From: a virus
Lineage: Duplodnaviria > Caudoviricetes
Virus record (IMG/VR): IMGVR_UViG_3300031669_000100
Reading direction: 5' to 3' (one strand)
Length of the DNA stretch: 38,913 bases
Positions 18,017 through 27,389 of the stretch are shown in pieces; the stretch's first letter is position 1; each line of letters begins with the position of its first letter. The notes beneath the pieces are model-generated. The model had not been told where the DNA came from and made no database searches. It saw only the letters and a list, made by a program, of their open reading frames with translations. The translations under genes and the position numbers were made by a program.

Positions 18017-18451
18017 ATGAGTGCCCAAACCATACAGCCAATGAATATTACAATTCCGGGAATAGGCATTAAAGCCTTTCTGCTCACCGTTGCCTACTTT
18101 ATGCCTATCCGCGAAATGGTGCATGCCGTAGTTTTCCTATGGCTTGTCGATTGGATTCTAGGCGTATGGAAAAGCCTAAAGGCCAACCGAAAGCTAACCA
18201 GCTACCGATTTCGCAAGAGCATAACAAAAATCACCACCTACGTGCTGGCCATAATGAGCACGTTTGTGCTGGAGAATACCTTCCTGCCCGATTGGAGCAA
18301 CCTATCAAACATTGTGGCAGGATACGTGGCATTTACCGAGTTGGTAAGCATTTATGAAAATATGAGCGAAATAACCGGGCGCAAGCTCATGCTGGAACTG
18401 CTCACGATTATTCGCCGAAACTTTGAAAACTTCCTTAAACCTAAAGAATAA
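18017..18451 (+). CDS. Holin (Phage_holin_4_1-like)
   Basis: VDWILGVWKS, TSYRFRKSITK and TELVSIYENM motifs; several TM segments. Confidence 0.85.
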   Translation: MSAQTIQPMNITIPGIGIKAFLLTVAYFMPIREMVHAVVFLWLVDWILGVWKSLKANRKLTSYRFRKSITKITTYVLAIMSTFVLENTFLPDWSNLSNIVAGYVAFTELVSIYENMSEITGRKLMLELLTIIRRNFENFLKPKE

Positions 18452-18927
18452 TGAAAAACTTTCTCCTTCTTATTTACCACTTCTTTGGCCTACTGTTGGC
18501 CTACGTGGTTGTAGCCATCCGGGCTGCATATCCGGTTGTTAAGCGGTTTATTGCCAACTGGAACGAAATCCTTACCATTCCGCTAGCCCTTGTGCTGTGG
18601 TATTTCTCACCAATGCTTTTGCGCATGATGGACCCGGTGGCCGCCACCTTCGATACTGGAATACTTCAGGTTTACCTGCTTGCTGCCATTGGGCTATTTT
18701 TCTTCAACGGAGTGGCATGGTTACTCATTAAGCTATCGTTCCCAGGCATCTACAAATGGGTAGATAAGGAGTTCGAAGGGCACGTTGCCGGGAATAAGTC
18801 AATCCCCGGAACCGTAACCGAGCAAACGCGAATGTTAAACCTTACAACCTATCAAAAATGCGCTATCTCGCTATTCTTATTTGCACTCTATTTTATAGCC
18901 TTGGTGGTTTTAGTCAGAATTCCTTAA
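18451..18927 (+). CDS. Multi-pass membrane protein (second holin or antiholin-like)
   Basis: Four hydrophobic segments; located between holin and endolysin. Confidence 0.65.
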   Translation: MKNFLLLIYHFFGLLLAYVVVAIRAAYPVVKRFIANWNEILTIPLALVLWYFSPMLLRMMDPVAATFDTGILQVYLLAAIGLFFFNGVAWLLIKLSFPGIYKWVDKEFEGHVAGNKSIPGTVTEQTRMLNLTTYQKCAISLFLFALYFIALVVLVRIP

Positions 18928-19379
18928 GGGATTCGCTGGTATCCACCTTTACCGGGCAAATCGGAGTTCGCGAGGCCACCGGCCACAACGATGGGCCTAT
19001 GGTAGAAACCTACCTCGCATCGGTCAACCTGTCACGAGGAAACCCATGGTGTGCAGCCTTTGTGAGCTACTGCTTAACGCAAAACCACATTGCCAATCCT
19101 AAATCGGGCTGGGCACCAAACTACTTTACCAAGAGCAGCACCATTTATATTCGTGGCGGTCTCAAAAACCGCACACCTATGCCTGGTGATGTATTTGGTA
19201 TTTGGTTCGAAAGCAAGGGTAGGATTGCGCACGTCGGTTTTATATACCGTTACACCAGCACCTACACCACCAGCGTGGAGGGCAATACGAACGATGCCGG
19301 ATCCAGAGAGGGAGATGGTGTTTACAAAAAATACAGGTTAACCAGGCAGTTATACAAAATATCGAGGTATGTCCATTAA
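18858..19379 (+). CDS. Endolysin, CHAP domain, with N-terminal signal peptide
   Basis: PWCAAFVS (Cys), PGDVF, IAHVGF (His), VEGNTN; hydrophobic N-terminus ending GFS/Q. Confidence 0.88.
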   Translation: MRYLAILICTLFYSLGGFSQNSLRDSLVSTFTGQIGVREATGHNDGPMVETYLASVNLSRGNPWCAAFVSYCLTQNHIANPKSGWAPNYFTKSSTIYIRGGLKNRTPMPGDVFGIWFESKGRIAHVGFIYRYTSTYTTSVEGNTNDAGSREGDGVYKKYRLTRQLYKISRYVH

Positions 19380-19959
19380 AACTAAAATAACCATTGCTGG
19401 AGCGGGGCTACTTGTCCTGCTCGCAATGGCTTGCTACACCCTGTTTGGGCTATGGCAAACAGAAAAAGCAGCGCGCGAGCGCATGTTCGGCAACGTTACT
19501 GCTATGGCGCAGGGCACAAAGTTCAACGCCGACTCCACCCAAGCGCAGGTAAAAGCCTTGGTAATGCAAATAAAGGAGGTTAAAAAAGCCTTTCCTGAAC
19601 TTAAGGCCGAGCTAAAGGCGCACGGCGTAAAGTTGAATAAGATGGAGCAATACCAGGAGAGCATGCTGGGTGTAAGCGCATCGTTCAATGCAGAAATAAA
19701 AAAGAAAATCGACGGTCGCGATACCTCACTCCTTGTCTCCTACACCGACAAATGGCTCCACTACATTTCAACACAAAAGCAGGGCGATACCACCGCATCT
19801 GTTGATTTTAAAATGGATGTAGACCTGCAGCAGGTTATTCACCGACAGCGGCAACCGGGTTTTTGGGGTTTTCTCAAAAAAAAAGAGCTGGTTCAGGATA
19901 TGTGGACCGATAACCCACATGCGAAAATCAACTACAACCGCCTAATTAAAGTAAACTGA
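19369..19959 (+). CDS. Putative i-spanin (DUF6549-like)
   Basis: N-terminal TM, coiled coil, YTDKWL and NPHAKI motifs; follows the endolysin. Confidence 0.6.
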   Translation: MSIKTKITIAGAGLLVLLAMACYTLFGLWQTEKAARERMFGNVTAMAQGTKFNADSTQAQVKALVMQIKEVKKAFPELKAELKAHGVKLNKMEQYQESMLGVSASFNAEIKKKIDGRDTSLLVSYTDKWLHYISTQKQGDTTASVDFKMDVDLQQVIHRQRQPGFWGFLKKKELVQDMWTDNPHAKINYNRLIKVN

Positions 19960-21110
19960 TGCTTACAGTAAGCCAAATAATTCCTTCGCTCTCCCTTTCC
20001 GGAAATGCCATGCGAATTGCAATCACTTCCGACAATGTGATTGATTCTGCTACCGGGAATAGGAGAGCATTTTATACCATTCTGCTGCGCGTGCTGCTCA
20101 ACGGTGAGGAGCTGTGGGTCGATTCGGTTGAACCCGACGAAAACGGCGTGTCGCAGTTCGACATACAGAGCGTGGTAGATGCGGCCATTAAGCCTACGCT
20201 ACAGTATCCATTCCCTGCTGGCATTGTTAGCCAGGATACCGGCGCAGTAGGAACGCTCACCTTTCAAATAGCCGAAGGCTTTGGCATACCGTTCACCATT
20301 TCTGCCTACAGCAATGTTAGCGGAACATTCCTTGTAATACCCGGAGGCTGCTCCGACTGGTATCTGAAGCAGCTGGAGGCAGCAAATAGCTCGTTTGCCC
20401 AGCAAATACAATCGAGCAATATGTTCCTTACCAATTCGCCAAAGCGCCGAATTGCCAGCGATACCCTATTAATTGTTCGCTGTATTAACGGAACGGCGGG
20501 GAGCTCTACCGTTACGCTAAAGGGTAATAAAACGCTTGCCGATGGAACTACCGAGGAGGTAATACTATGGACAGGAACAATGCTGGCCGGAAAGCTCTAC
20601 GATTTCGACATAAGCCCTGCACACTTTACCAACGCGGTGGCGTATACGGTTTTACTCAACGATTTTAACGATAATCCGCTCACGCAAACGCTATCGTTCG
20701 AAGTTATTACCGAGAACCTCCTACAGTCGCGCTCCATTATTTTCCGCAATTCGCTGGGCGGGTGGGATACCATAACCGCAACGGGGCAATTTATTGGCGA
20801 GCTGGATCTACAGCGAACGGTATTCAACACGCCCGTTGTAAGCCGCTTCCGCAACGCGCTAGAAACGGGCAGCGATAGGGCCTTGGGTATTCGTTACCTA
20901 AAGGGAAACATTGGCTTTATGAGCAACGAGGAGCTGGAATGGATGCAGGAGTTGGCGCTCAGCGAGGAGGTTTACATGGTAACTGAGCGCGGGTTGGAGA
21001 AGGTGGTGCTACAAACCGACAAGGTGGTTATCTCCTCCGACGACATTGGCCCCAAGTCGATGGCCATTGAGGCTATTGTGGGGATTTCCGATTTTTTTTT
21101 TCAAAGTTAA
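19959..21110 (+). CDS. Tail structural protein; possible -1 frameshift extension to 21226
   Basis: FRNSLGGWDT..TG and WMQELALSEEVY motifs of Bacteroidota phage tail proteins; T10 run just before the stop. Confidence 0.7.
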   Translation: MLTVSQIIPSLSLSGNAMRIAITSDNVIDSATGNRRAFYTILLRVLLNGEELWVDSVEPDENGVSQFDIQSVVDAAIKPTLQYPFPAGIVSQDTGAVGTLTFQIAEGFGIPFTISAYSNVSGTFLVIPGGCSDWYLKQLEAANSSFAQQIQSSNMFLTNSPKRRIASDTLLIVRCINGTAGSSTVTLKGNKTLADGTTEEVILWTGTMLAGKLYDFDISPAHFTNAVAYTVLLNDFNDNPLTQTLSFEVITENLLQSRSIIFRNSLGGWDTITATGQFIGELDLQRTVFNTPVVSRFRNALETGSDRALGIRYLKGNIGFMSNEELEWMQELALSEEVYMVTERGLEKVVLQTDKVVISSDDIGPKSMAIEAIVGISDFFFQS

Positions 21111-21222
21111 TTAGAGCCATTGTGGCTATTGTTGACACAATACTTCGAATACCATTAGTTGCAGACGCTAAACCACCAATACTTTTCTCGCTCGAAAGCG
21201 AGGATAAACCCCAGCTAATCCA

Positions 21223-24200
21223 ATGAAAGAGCAAGTTCAGCAAACAGGAGTAAGAAAATGGTTTGGCGACGATCTCGTATCGCTACAGGTTGAGACGCTC
21301 GATGCGTTTCAATCGTTTTTGCAGGATTTAGGTCCCGTAATTATTCAGGGGTTAAGCATCGATGGCAGTAACCTGGGCTCTGGGGTTGTTGCCATATCCC
21401 ATGCCGACGGCTACAAGGTTGCTCGTTTTGCTGGGTTAGCCGATGTGGCTCAGTGGCCCGTGTATGTTTTTATCGAAAAAATTGTGGAGACGCGCGAGTA
21501 TGGCGATACGCAGGTAAAGCCGGTATCGAATACCTACCGCGCAACCTTTGCCTACGAGCAACCTGCTGTTCCATTTCTAACCATTAACCAGAATGGAAAT
21601 AACGCCTTCTACCTCGATACCATTTTAGCCGATGCCGCCAAGCTAAGCAAAGCCAACCGATTTGCCGAAAGCCAGCGGTTCGATAAGAAGGTGGGCATTG
21701 GTAAGGATGCCGATGCTGGCACCATGCTCGATGTAAATGGCCTAACGCAGCTCATGCAGGTGCTTCTACAGTCGTTTTCCTCCAGCGATTTTGTGGCAGG
21801 TATGAATGGGCAAGGCTTCTCGCTAGACGAAAATGGGCGCATGGAGATTAAGTCGCTGCTCGTTCGCAACGACATGACCGTGTTTGAACTCATTGTGCAG
21901 AAGTTGCGCAGCGTAGGGGGAATGCTGATTGTGAGCGTAGCCAACGGACAAATAAAGGAGGTAGAGGCAATAACAGGAGGTTACCGCTGCACGCTCGACA
22001 AGACCACCGAGATGCAAAACCCGTTTGTGGTGGGCGATTTGGTGAAGTGCCAAATGTTTAACGGCAATGTAAAATACTACTGGCGTAAGGTAGTTGCGGT
22101 AGATACCGACACCATCGACCTATCGGATACCGACAAGGATGGAACCGGAGTACCGGAGGCAGGCGATACCATTGTGCAGCTGGGCCACTCCACCGATGTA
22201 ACCCGCCAGAATGCCATTGTTATAGATGCTACGGCTATTCCTAAAATCGACATACTGCAGGGTATTAGTGGCTTCTCGCTTACCAATAAGGTAACCACTC
22301 GGTTGGGAGACATGACCGACTTTGGCATGACCGGAATGGGCTTATATACTAATAACGCCAAGTTTACCGGTTACTCTGAAAAAACTGAGGTAGATGCCAT
22401 TGCTGCCGGGCTGCAGGCTCAGATTGATGGCACCATTTCATCTTGGTTTTTCGACTACGAGCCAACGCTCGACAATGTTCCTGCTGTGAATTGGGGCGAT
22501 GCCCAGGTTATGGAAATTCACCTTGGCGACCTATTCTACTGGACTTCGATGGGCTATGCCTATCGGTTTCAGAAAGTTGGAAGTGTATTCTCCTGGGCCA
22601 GAATTGCAGATACAGATATTACGTTGGCATTAGCCAACGCAGCATCGGCTCAAGCATCGGCCAATACAGCCAACGCGTTGCTGGCCGATATAGCCAGCGA
22701 TGGAAAACTTACACCCAACGAAAAGCAGAGCACAAAAAAGGAATGGGCCATTATTCAAGCCGAATTTAGCGGGGTAGAATCGGCGGCAGATAACCTCAGT
22801 CTTATCTACGACGACTACGACGATGCGTACTATGCTCTGAATGCGTACATTATCCCGTTGCTGGCCAATATGACCACAACCAGCGTAATTGATGCTGCTA
22901 CGTTCAACGGCATGTTCTCGACCTACTACACTCGAAAGTTAGAGATTCTTAACGCCATCAGCGCTGCAATTAACCTGACTGCCAGCGCTGCGTTAAACCA
23001 GGCTAATGCTGTTTTTCCTAGCGATGAAGGCTTAGTGGCACATTGGAGCTTCGACGACGATCCGATTATTCCGGACGGTTCAACTCCGGCCTACCTGAGT
23101 GCTGATAAGTGGGTAAAGGGCTTGGATGGTTGGAGTGGCAATAGTGGCGTGGCTGTTTCAGTTGAGCTCGGAGCTATTAAGGCAGATAATCCTAACAACG
23201 ATAACGGTGCCTCTATTGAAAGAGGGTGGAGTGAATCTTTAAGAGGAAAATCAGCAATCATTAAGGTTCGTAGCAAAAACCCAATCCTAAGCTTTTGTTA
23301 TTACTCTGGTAGTGATCTAGTTCATCCCGAAAACCCTGTAGTTATTGATCAATATAATTGGTTTGTTCGCTTGGACAACATACAGGTAAATAGCTTTCCA
23401 TACCTATTCTTTTATGTGAATAATGGTGTTGTTGGAGAAACAGCGTGGTTTGATCTTATCTGGATTGGCAACGTTTCGTTTGCTAGTGAAGTTCGGGACA
23501 ATTCAGGCAACGGAAATACGCTCTCGGCGGCAAATGGCAGCATAGCAGCACCTAGCGGAGTGAGTGGAAATTCTCGGCGTTTCAATGGTACAGAATACCT
23601 TTCAACAGACTCTACGAAATTTAGACTCCCTGCATTTTCATTTTCGGTTTGGTTTAACTCTCCTGGGATGGCTGCAGGCCAGACTGCGGGAGGTATATGG
23701 GCTAATACGTTTTTTTGCCGCCTATTTCAACAGCCGAATGGAACAATTTCTTGGTGGTTATGTGATGGAGCATCGTGGTATGACGTTTATTCTACAAAAA
23801 CACTATTTGGATCATGGCACCATGCAGCCTGTATTTTCGATGGCACTACAATGTATCTTTATATAGATGGAATATTACACGCCTATCGAACCGCCACACT
23901 GCAATATCATTCCAATGAGTTTTTTGTTGGCTACGATCCTAACGACGTTCCTTATCACTTTAATGGTTTGCTCGACGAGGCTCGTTTCTACAGCAGAGCC
24001 CTAAACTCAAATGAAGTTCTCGGCCTTTATAAATACGTTACAAAAGGCAAGGCTGTTTCTGCAGACATCGAGGCTTCCTACCTAAAGAAAGCATTTTCTG
24101 AAGATACAAGTATTACTGGAGGTGTTGTTGCTAGCACACTGCTGAAGGTGGGGGCAACAAACTCTAACGGCGATTGGACCGAGCAGGCCGGTATTAATGG

Positions 24201-25521
24201 TGCAGGCACTGGAGCAGACACTCCGCGCGTATATGCAGGTGGTTCTTTACAGGATGCCATTAACCGAGTGGCAGGTAATACTTCAAAGCCTATGTCGGTA
24301 ATTACCGAGGGAGGGGCCATTTATACCGACTCCGGAGAGATTGCCGGGGCCGAAATAACACCAGAAGGTATCGAAAAGGAGCAGTCAATTTCCGACGGGG
24401 GAGCCACATTTACCGGTAAGTTTAAGCTCGATTTTGTAAACCAGCTCATCAACTTTTTGCGCGACGGATCCTCAAAGCTGCTCTTGTCGGCAAAAAAGCT
24501 TACAAGCGGTATTCCAACACCAACCAACATCAACGTTGGAAGTGGAACATGGCAAAATGAGGTGCTACTTAATGCCAATCCATACACCAGCATAATGGGA
24601 ACAATTGTTTATGCTGCCAGTGGAGCCTATGATACCACTGCCGTATTTTCCATGCGCGTAGATGCTCCAGAACCGGGCGCAACGGAAACTAGGGTAATTG
24701 CTGTTAGCCTTTCAGTAATGCTTAAAATTTGGGCAACCGATTCGAGCGGAAATAAGCTCTACCTTCTTGCCTCTAAGTCGGTTTACCTTAACATTGCCGA
24801 CGAGAATGCACACCAGCTAACGGTAAAGTCCAACTTCACGGTTGAGAATGCAACCTATGTGCGTCACGAAATTTATATTCAATACAGCGATACCTCCTAT
24901 ATTTACTATGCCGGACCGCACGGAGTTGGTAGCTACAATAATCCAATATTGTGCAGTGTTTACCTCGATCAAGGAACGGTGAGCCATGCAGGGAACACCG
25001 AGAATTTTGAAATTGGATACTCAGGATTAAGAATTTTGGCACAAAATCTTTGGTTTTACTTCAACACCAAGGATACTGATAGTAAGCACCTCAGAATTCG
25101 CGGTAATGCCGAGCTAATAAATAAGATGGCAACGCAAACGCTCACCTTTGGAAATGGTGGGCTGGCCGTAAACCGATTGACCGTGGCAGGGTTACTCTGT
25201 AGCATCCGCGATACGGCTGGAGCCTACTCCATGCTGGCCGCAGACAAGGATAAAACTTGTATCAATTGCATTAACACCAGCGGGAGCATTACAGTAACGC
25301 TACCCGACATGAATGCTACGGAGGTGGTAGATGGCCAAACCATTTACTACAACGATGGCAGAGTGTTGCTTGTAACCACCAACACTCAGGGAGTTTCAGT
25401 TGTTCCTGTAAGTGGTCAAACGGTAAGAAATACCAGCTCGGTATCGCTCTCCTATAATACCGGATTTATGTTTATTGCCGACAGGGCGAGATTGAATTGG
25501 TTAATTGTTGGAGTTGGTTAA
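21223..25521 (+). CDS. Tail fibre / receptor-binding protein with a LamG (concanavalin A-like) domain
   Basis: Modular 1432 aa; YYWRKVV..PEAGDTIVQLG module; GLVAHWSFD, DNSGNGN, WHHAACIFDGTTMYLYIDG, FNGLLDEARFYSRAL. Confidence 0.85.
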   Translation: MKEQVQQTGVRKWFGDDLVSLQVETLDAFQSFLQDLGPVIIQGLSIDGSNLGSGVVAISHADGYKVARFAGLADVAQWPVYVFIEKIVETREYGDTQVKPVSNTYRATFAYEQPAVPFLTINQNGNNAFYLDTILADAAKLSKANRFAESQRFDKKVGIGKDADAGTMLDVNGLTQLMQVLLQSFSSSDFVAGMNGQGFSLDENGRMEIKSLLVRNDMTVFELIVQKLRSVGGMLIVSVANGQIKEVEAITGGYRCTLDKTTEMQNPFVVGDLVKCQMFNGNVKYYWRKVVAVDTDTIDLSDTDKDGTGVPEAGDTIVQLGHSTDVTRQNAIVIDATAIPKIDILQGISGFSLTNKVTTRLGDMTDFGMTGMGLYTNNAKFTGYSEKTEVDAIAAGLQAQIDGTISSWFFDYEPTLDNVPAVNWGDAQVMEIHLGDLFYWTSMGYAYRFQKVGSVFSWARIADTDITLALANAASAQASANTANALLADIASDGKLTPNEKQSTKKEWAIIQAEFSGVESAADNLSLIYDDYDDAYYALNAYIIPLLANMTTTSVIDAATFNGMFSTYYTRKLEILNAISAAINLTASAALNQANAVFPSDEGLVAHWSFDDDPIIPDGSTPAYLSADKWVKGLDGWSGNSGVAVSVELGAIKADNPNNDNGASIERGWSESLRGKSAIIKVRSKNPILSFCYYSGSDLVHPENPVVIDQYNWFVRLDNIQVNSFPYLFFYVNNGVVGETAWFDLIWIGNVSFASEVRDNSGNGNTLSAANGSIAAPSGVSGNSRRFNGTEYLSTDSTKFRLPAFSFSVWFNSPGMAAGQTAGGIWANTFFCRLFQQPNGTISWWLCDGASWYDVYSTKTLFGSWHHAACIFDGTTMYLYIDGILHAYRTATLQYHSNEFFVGYDPNDVPYHFNGLLDEARFYSRALNSNEVLGLYKYVTKGKAVSADIEASYLKKAFSEDTSITGGVVASTLLKVGATNSNGDWTEQAGINGAGTGADTPRVYAGGSLQDAINRVAGNTSKPMSVITEGGAIYTDSGEIAGAEITPEGIEKEQSISDGGATFTGKFKLDFVNQLINFLRDGSSKLLLSAKKLTSGIPTPTNINVGSGTWQNEVLLNANPYTSIMGTIVYAASGAYDTTAVFSMRVDAPEPGATETRVIAVSLSVMLKIWATDSSGNKLYLLASKSVYLNIADENAHQLTVKSNFTVENATYVRHEIYIQYSDTSYIYYAGPHGVGSYNNPILCSVYLDQGTVSHAGNTENFEIGYSGLRILAQNLWFYFNTKDTDSKHLRIRGNAELINKMATQTLTFGNGGLAVNRLTVAGLLCSIRDTAGAYSMLAADKDKTCINCINTSGSITVTLPDMNATEVVDGQTIYYNDGRVLLVTTNTQGVSVVPVSGQTVRNTSSVSLSYNTGFMFIADRARLNWLIVGVG

Positions 25522-25532
25522 TAATTGAAACT

Positions 25533-27389
25533 ATGCTACAAATCGCAATCAACAATAGTAACCTGGATTTGCTTCCCGATACCGCCATTTCGGTATCGCT
25601 TACAAGTCCAATCTTTAACGACAAGGGAAGTAGCTCGCTGCCTTTTAAGGTTTCGCGCAGCAAGCGGAACATGCTACGGCTTCAGCACCCCGATAGAATT
25701 ACCGGTAAAACCATTGGTTCGGTTAATTTTCCAACCACCATTAAAAGCGGAACTATTAAGCTGAGTGGGAATAGCGAAATTACAGACCTCGATGCCACCA
25801 GCGTTGAGATGGCGCTAAAGATAAACGAGGGCGCGTTCTGGGAGTGGGCAAAAAATACGCCAATGAATGAGCTATCATTCCCCGATGAGACTTTTACTGG
25901 AACTGTTTACGATAAAACGGGTGCCTGGTTCGCTAGAGTTAGCGAATCGGTTGATAAGGTGTGGCCAAACGAATACTTTACCTGTTTCCCTGTAATTATT
26001 TCTCGCAGTACCGACGCTGCAGGACAGGTAAATTTTAGAATTCTGAATGCACCAAACCTAAATAATGGTGAATTTTGGCAAAGGAATGAAAGCACGGTGA
26101 TTGGGCTTACCGATTTCTCTCCATTCCTATACCTTAATGCCGCTATTTCGCTCATATTTCAGTCGTATGGCATACGAGTTTCATACAATTTTCTAGATAC
26201 TATCGACGAATTTAACCGCATGGCAATAATTAATAATGCTACCATGCCCATACGCGACGGTTATCTTCACTGGAACGAGCTGCTTCCAAGCGATAGCGTA
26301 AGTAACTTTATTAGCTGGATAGAAGGCAAGTTCCCCGTTCATTTCTCGGTGGATATGAATAAGCGGGAAGCTCAAATTCTCAGTATTGAAGATATTTGCC
26401 TTAAGTTCGACCCAATTACCGTAAACGGCAAGCTCGATGTGATAACCGATGATGCCAGGCCGCTGAGTATGACCAGCGACCATTTATCGTCTCAGTATGC
26501 CAAGCCTGCTCAATATTCCCAAGCGTTTATAGAAGGGTTACCGTTCTCATACGTTAATACTGGAATTTATTACCCAGAAAGAACCATCTACCTAGATGAT
26601 CGTTCTGTTCCCGATAGGGTGAACTACCCCGATAAAATTATATTGGTACTGTCGATGAACTGCTACTTTTTTATGCATTGGGTTCAAAACGATGATAAAA
26701 CAGCCTGGCAGTATATTTCAACGCTCGTTGGTAGCCGCGACTATGATATAACTTCCACCGAGGATAACGCTAAGAAAATTGAAACATCGCTTTGCGTTCC
26801 TGCAATGGACCATCCAACGTTACGGGGTAATCTTATTGTGGGAGGGGTTTCGTTTGATGGTACCGTTGAAACGCTAATGCTCCCATCTTACGAGGAAAAG
26901 TTAAAGGATTTTGCTGATGATTTCTTTGGATTAAATGCCTACAACGATAGTGTTAATTTCACTCCTGCGCTGTGCACCTATAGGGGAAAGCATGGGCTAT
27001 TTGTTAACTATGTTGATGGAGGCGTTAATAAAACGCTTACCAGCCATATTGCTTGGGGTAGTCCATTCCTTTACGACTCCTATAATCTGCGATTTAACAA
27101 CCCTGCTCCAAACACGCACCAGCTGTTTGATGATAAGATTAGCCTTCAGCTGGTAGGTGACGATGGTCTTTATGAGCGATTCTGGAAGTTTTACGCCAAT
27201 ATTTACATTAGTTCGGCCAAGCCGGTAAGCGTAACTAGCGGGTTGCAAAACTTTAAAAATCCACGCTTCGACAGGCTATACCGTATCGATGGAAATAACG
27301 TGCTGCTAAACGAGGTTAAGCAAACGCATACCAATAGTAAGGTTACCGTTGACGAGGTTACGGCCTACACCGTTAAGCATTACGAATAG
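25533..27389 (+). CDS. Tail tip / baseplate hub-like protein; start reassigned to ATG 25533
   Basis: LDLLPDTAIS..SPIFNDKGSSSLPF N-terminus; LLPSDSVSNFI; GDDGLYERFWK. Confidence 0.7.
   Translation: MLQIAINNSNLDLLPDTAISVSLTSPIFNDKGSSSLPFKVSRSKRNMLRLQHPDRITGKTIGSVNFPTTIKSGTIKLSGNSEITDLDATSVEMALKINEGAFWEWAKNTPMNELSFPDETFTGTVYDKTGAWFARVSESVDKVWPNEYFTCFPVIISRSTDAAGQVNFRILNAPNLNNGEFWQRNESTVIGLTDFSPFLYLNAAISLIFQSYGIRVSYNFLDTIDEFNRMAIINNATMPIRDGYLHWNELLPSDSVSNFISWIEGKFPVHFSVDMNKREAQILSIEDICLKFDPITVNGKLDVITDDARPLSMTSDHLSSQYAKPAQYSQAFIEGLPFSYVNTGIYYPERTIYLDDRSVPDRVNYPDKIILVLSMNCYFFMHWVQNDDKTAWQYISTLVGSRDYDITSTEDNAKKIETSLCVPAMDHPTLRGNLIVGGVSFDGTVETLMLPSYEEKLKDFADDFFGLNAYNDSVNFTPALCTYRGKHGLFVNYVDGGVNKTLTSHIAWGSPFLYDSYNLRFNNPAPNTHQLFDDKISLQLVGDDGLYERFWKFYANIYISSAKPVSVTSGLQNFKNPRFDRLYRIDGNNVLLNEVKQTHTNSKVTVDEVTAYTVKHYE

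Noticed and set aside
21223-27389. Diversity-generating retroelement targeting the tail fibre
   Set aside because: No reverse transcriptase ORF and no adenine-variant TR/VR repeat pair seen
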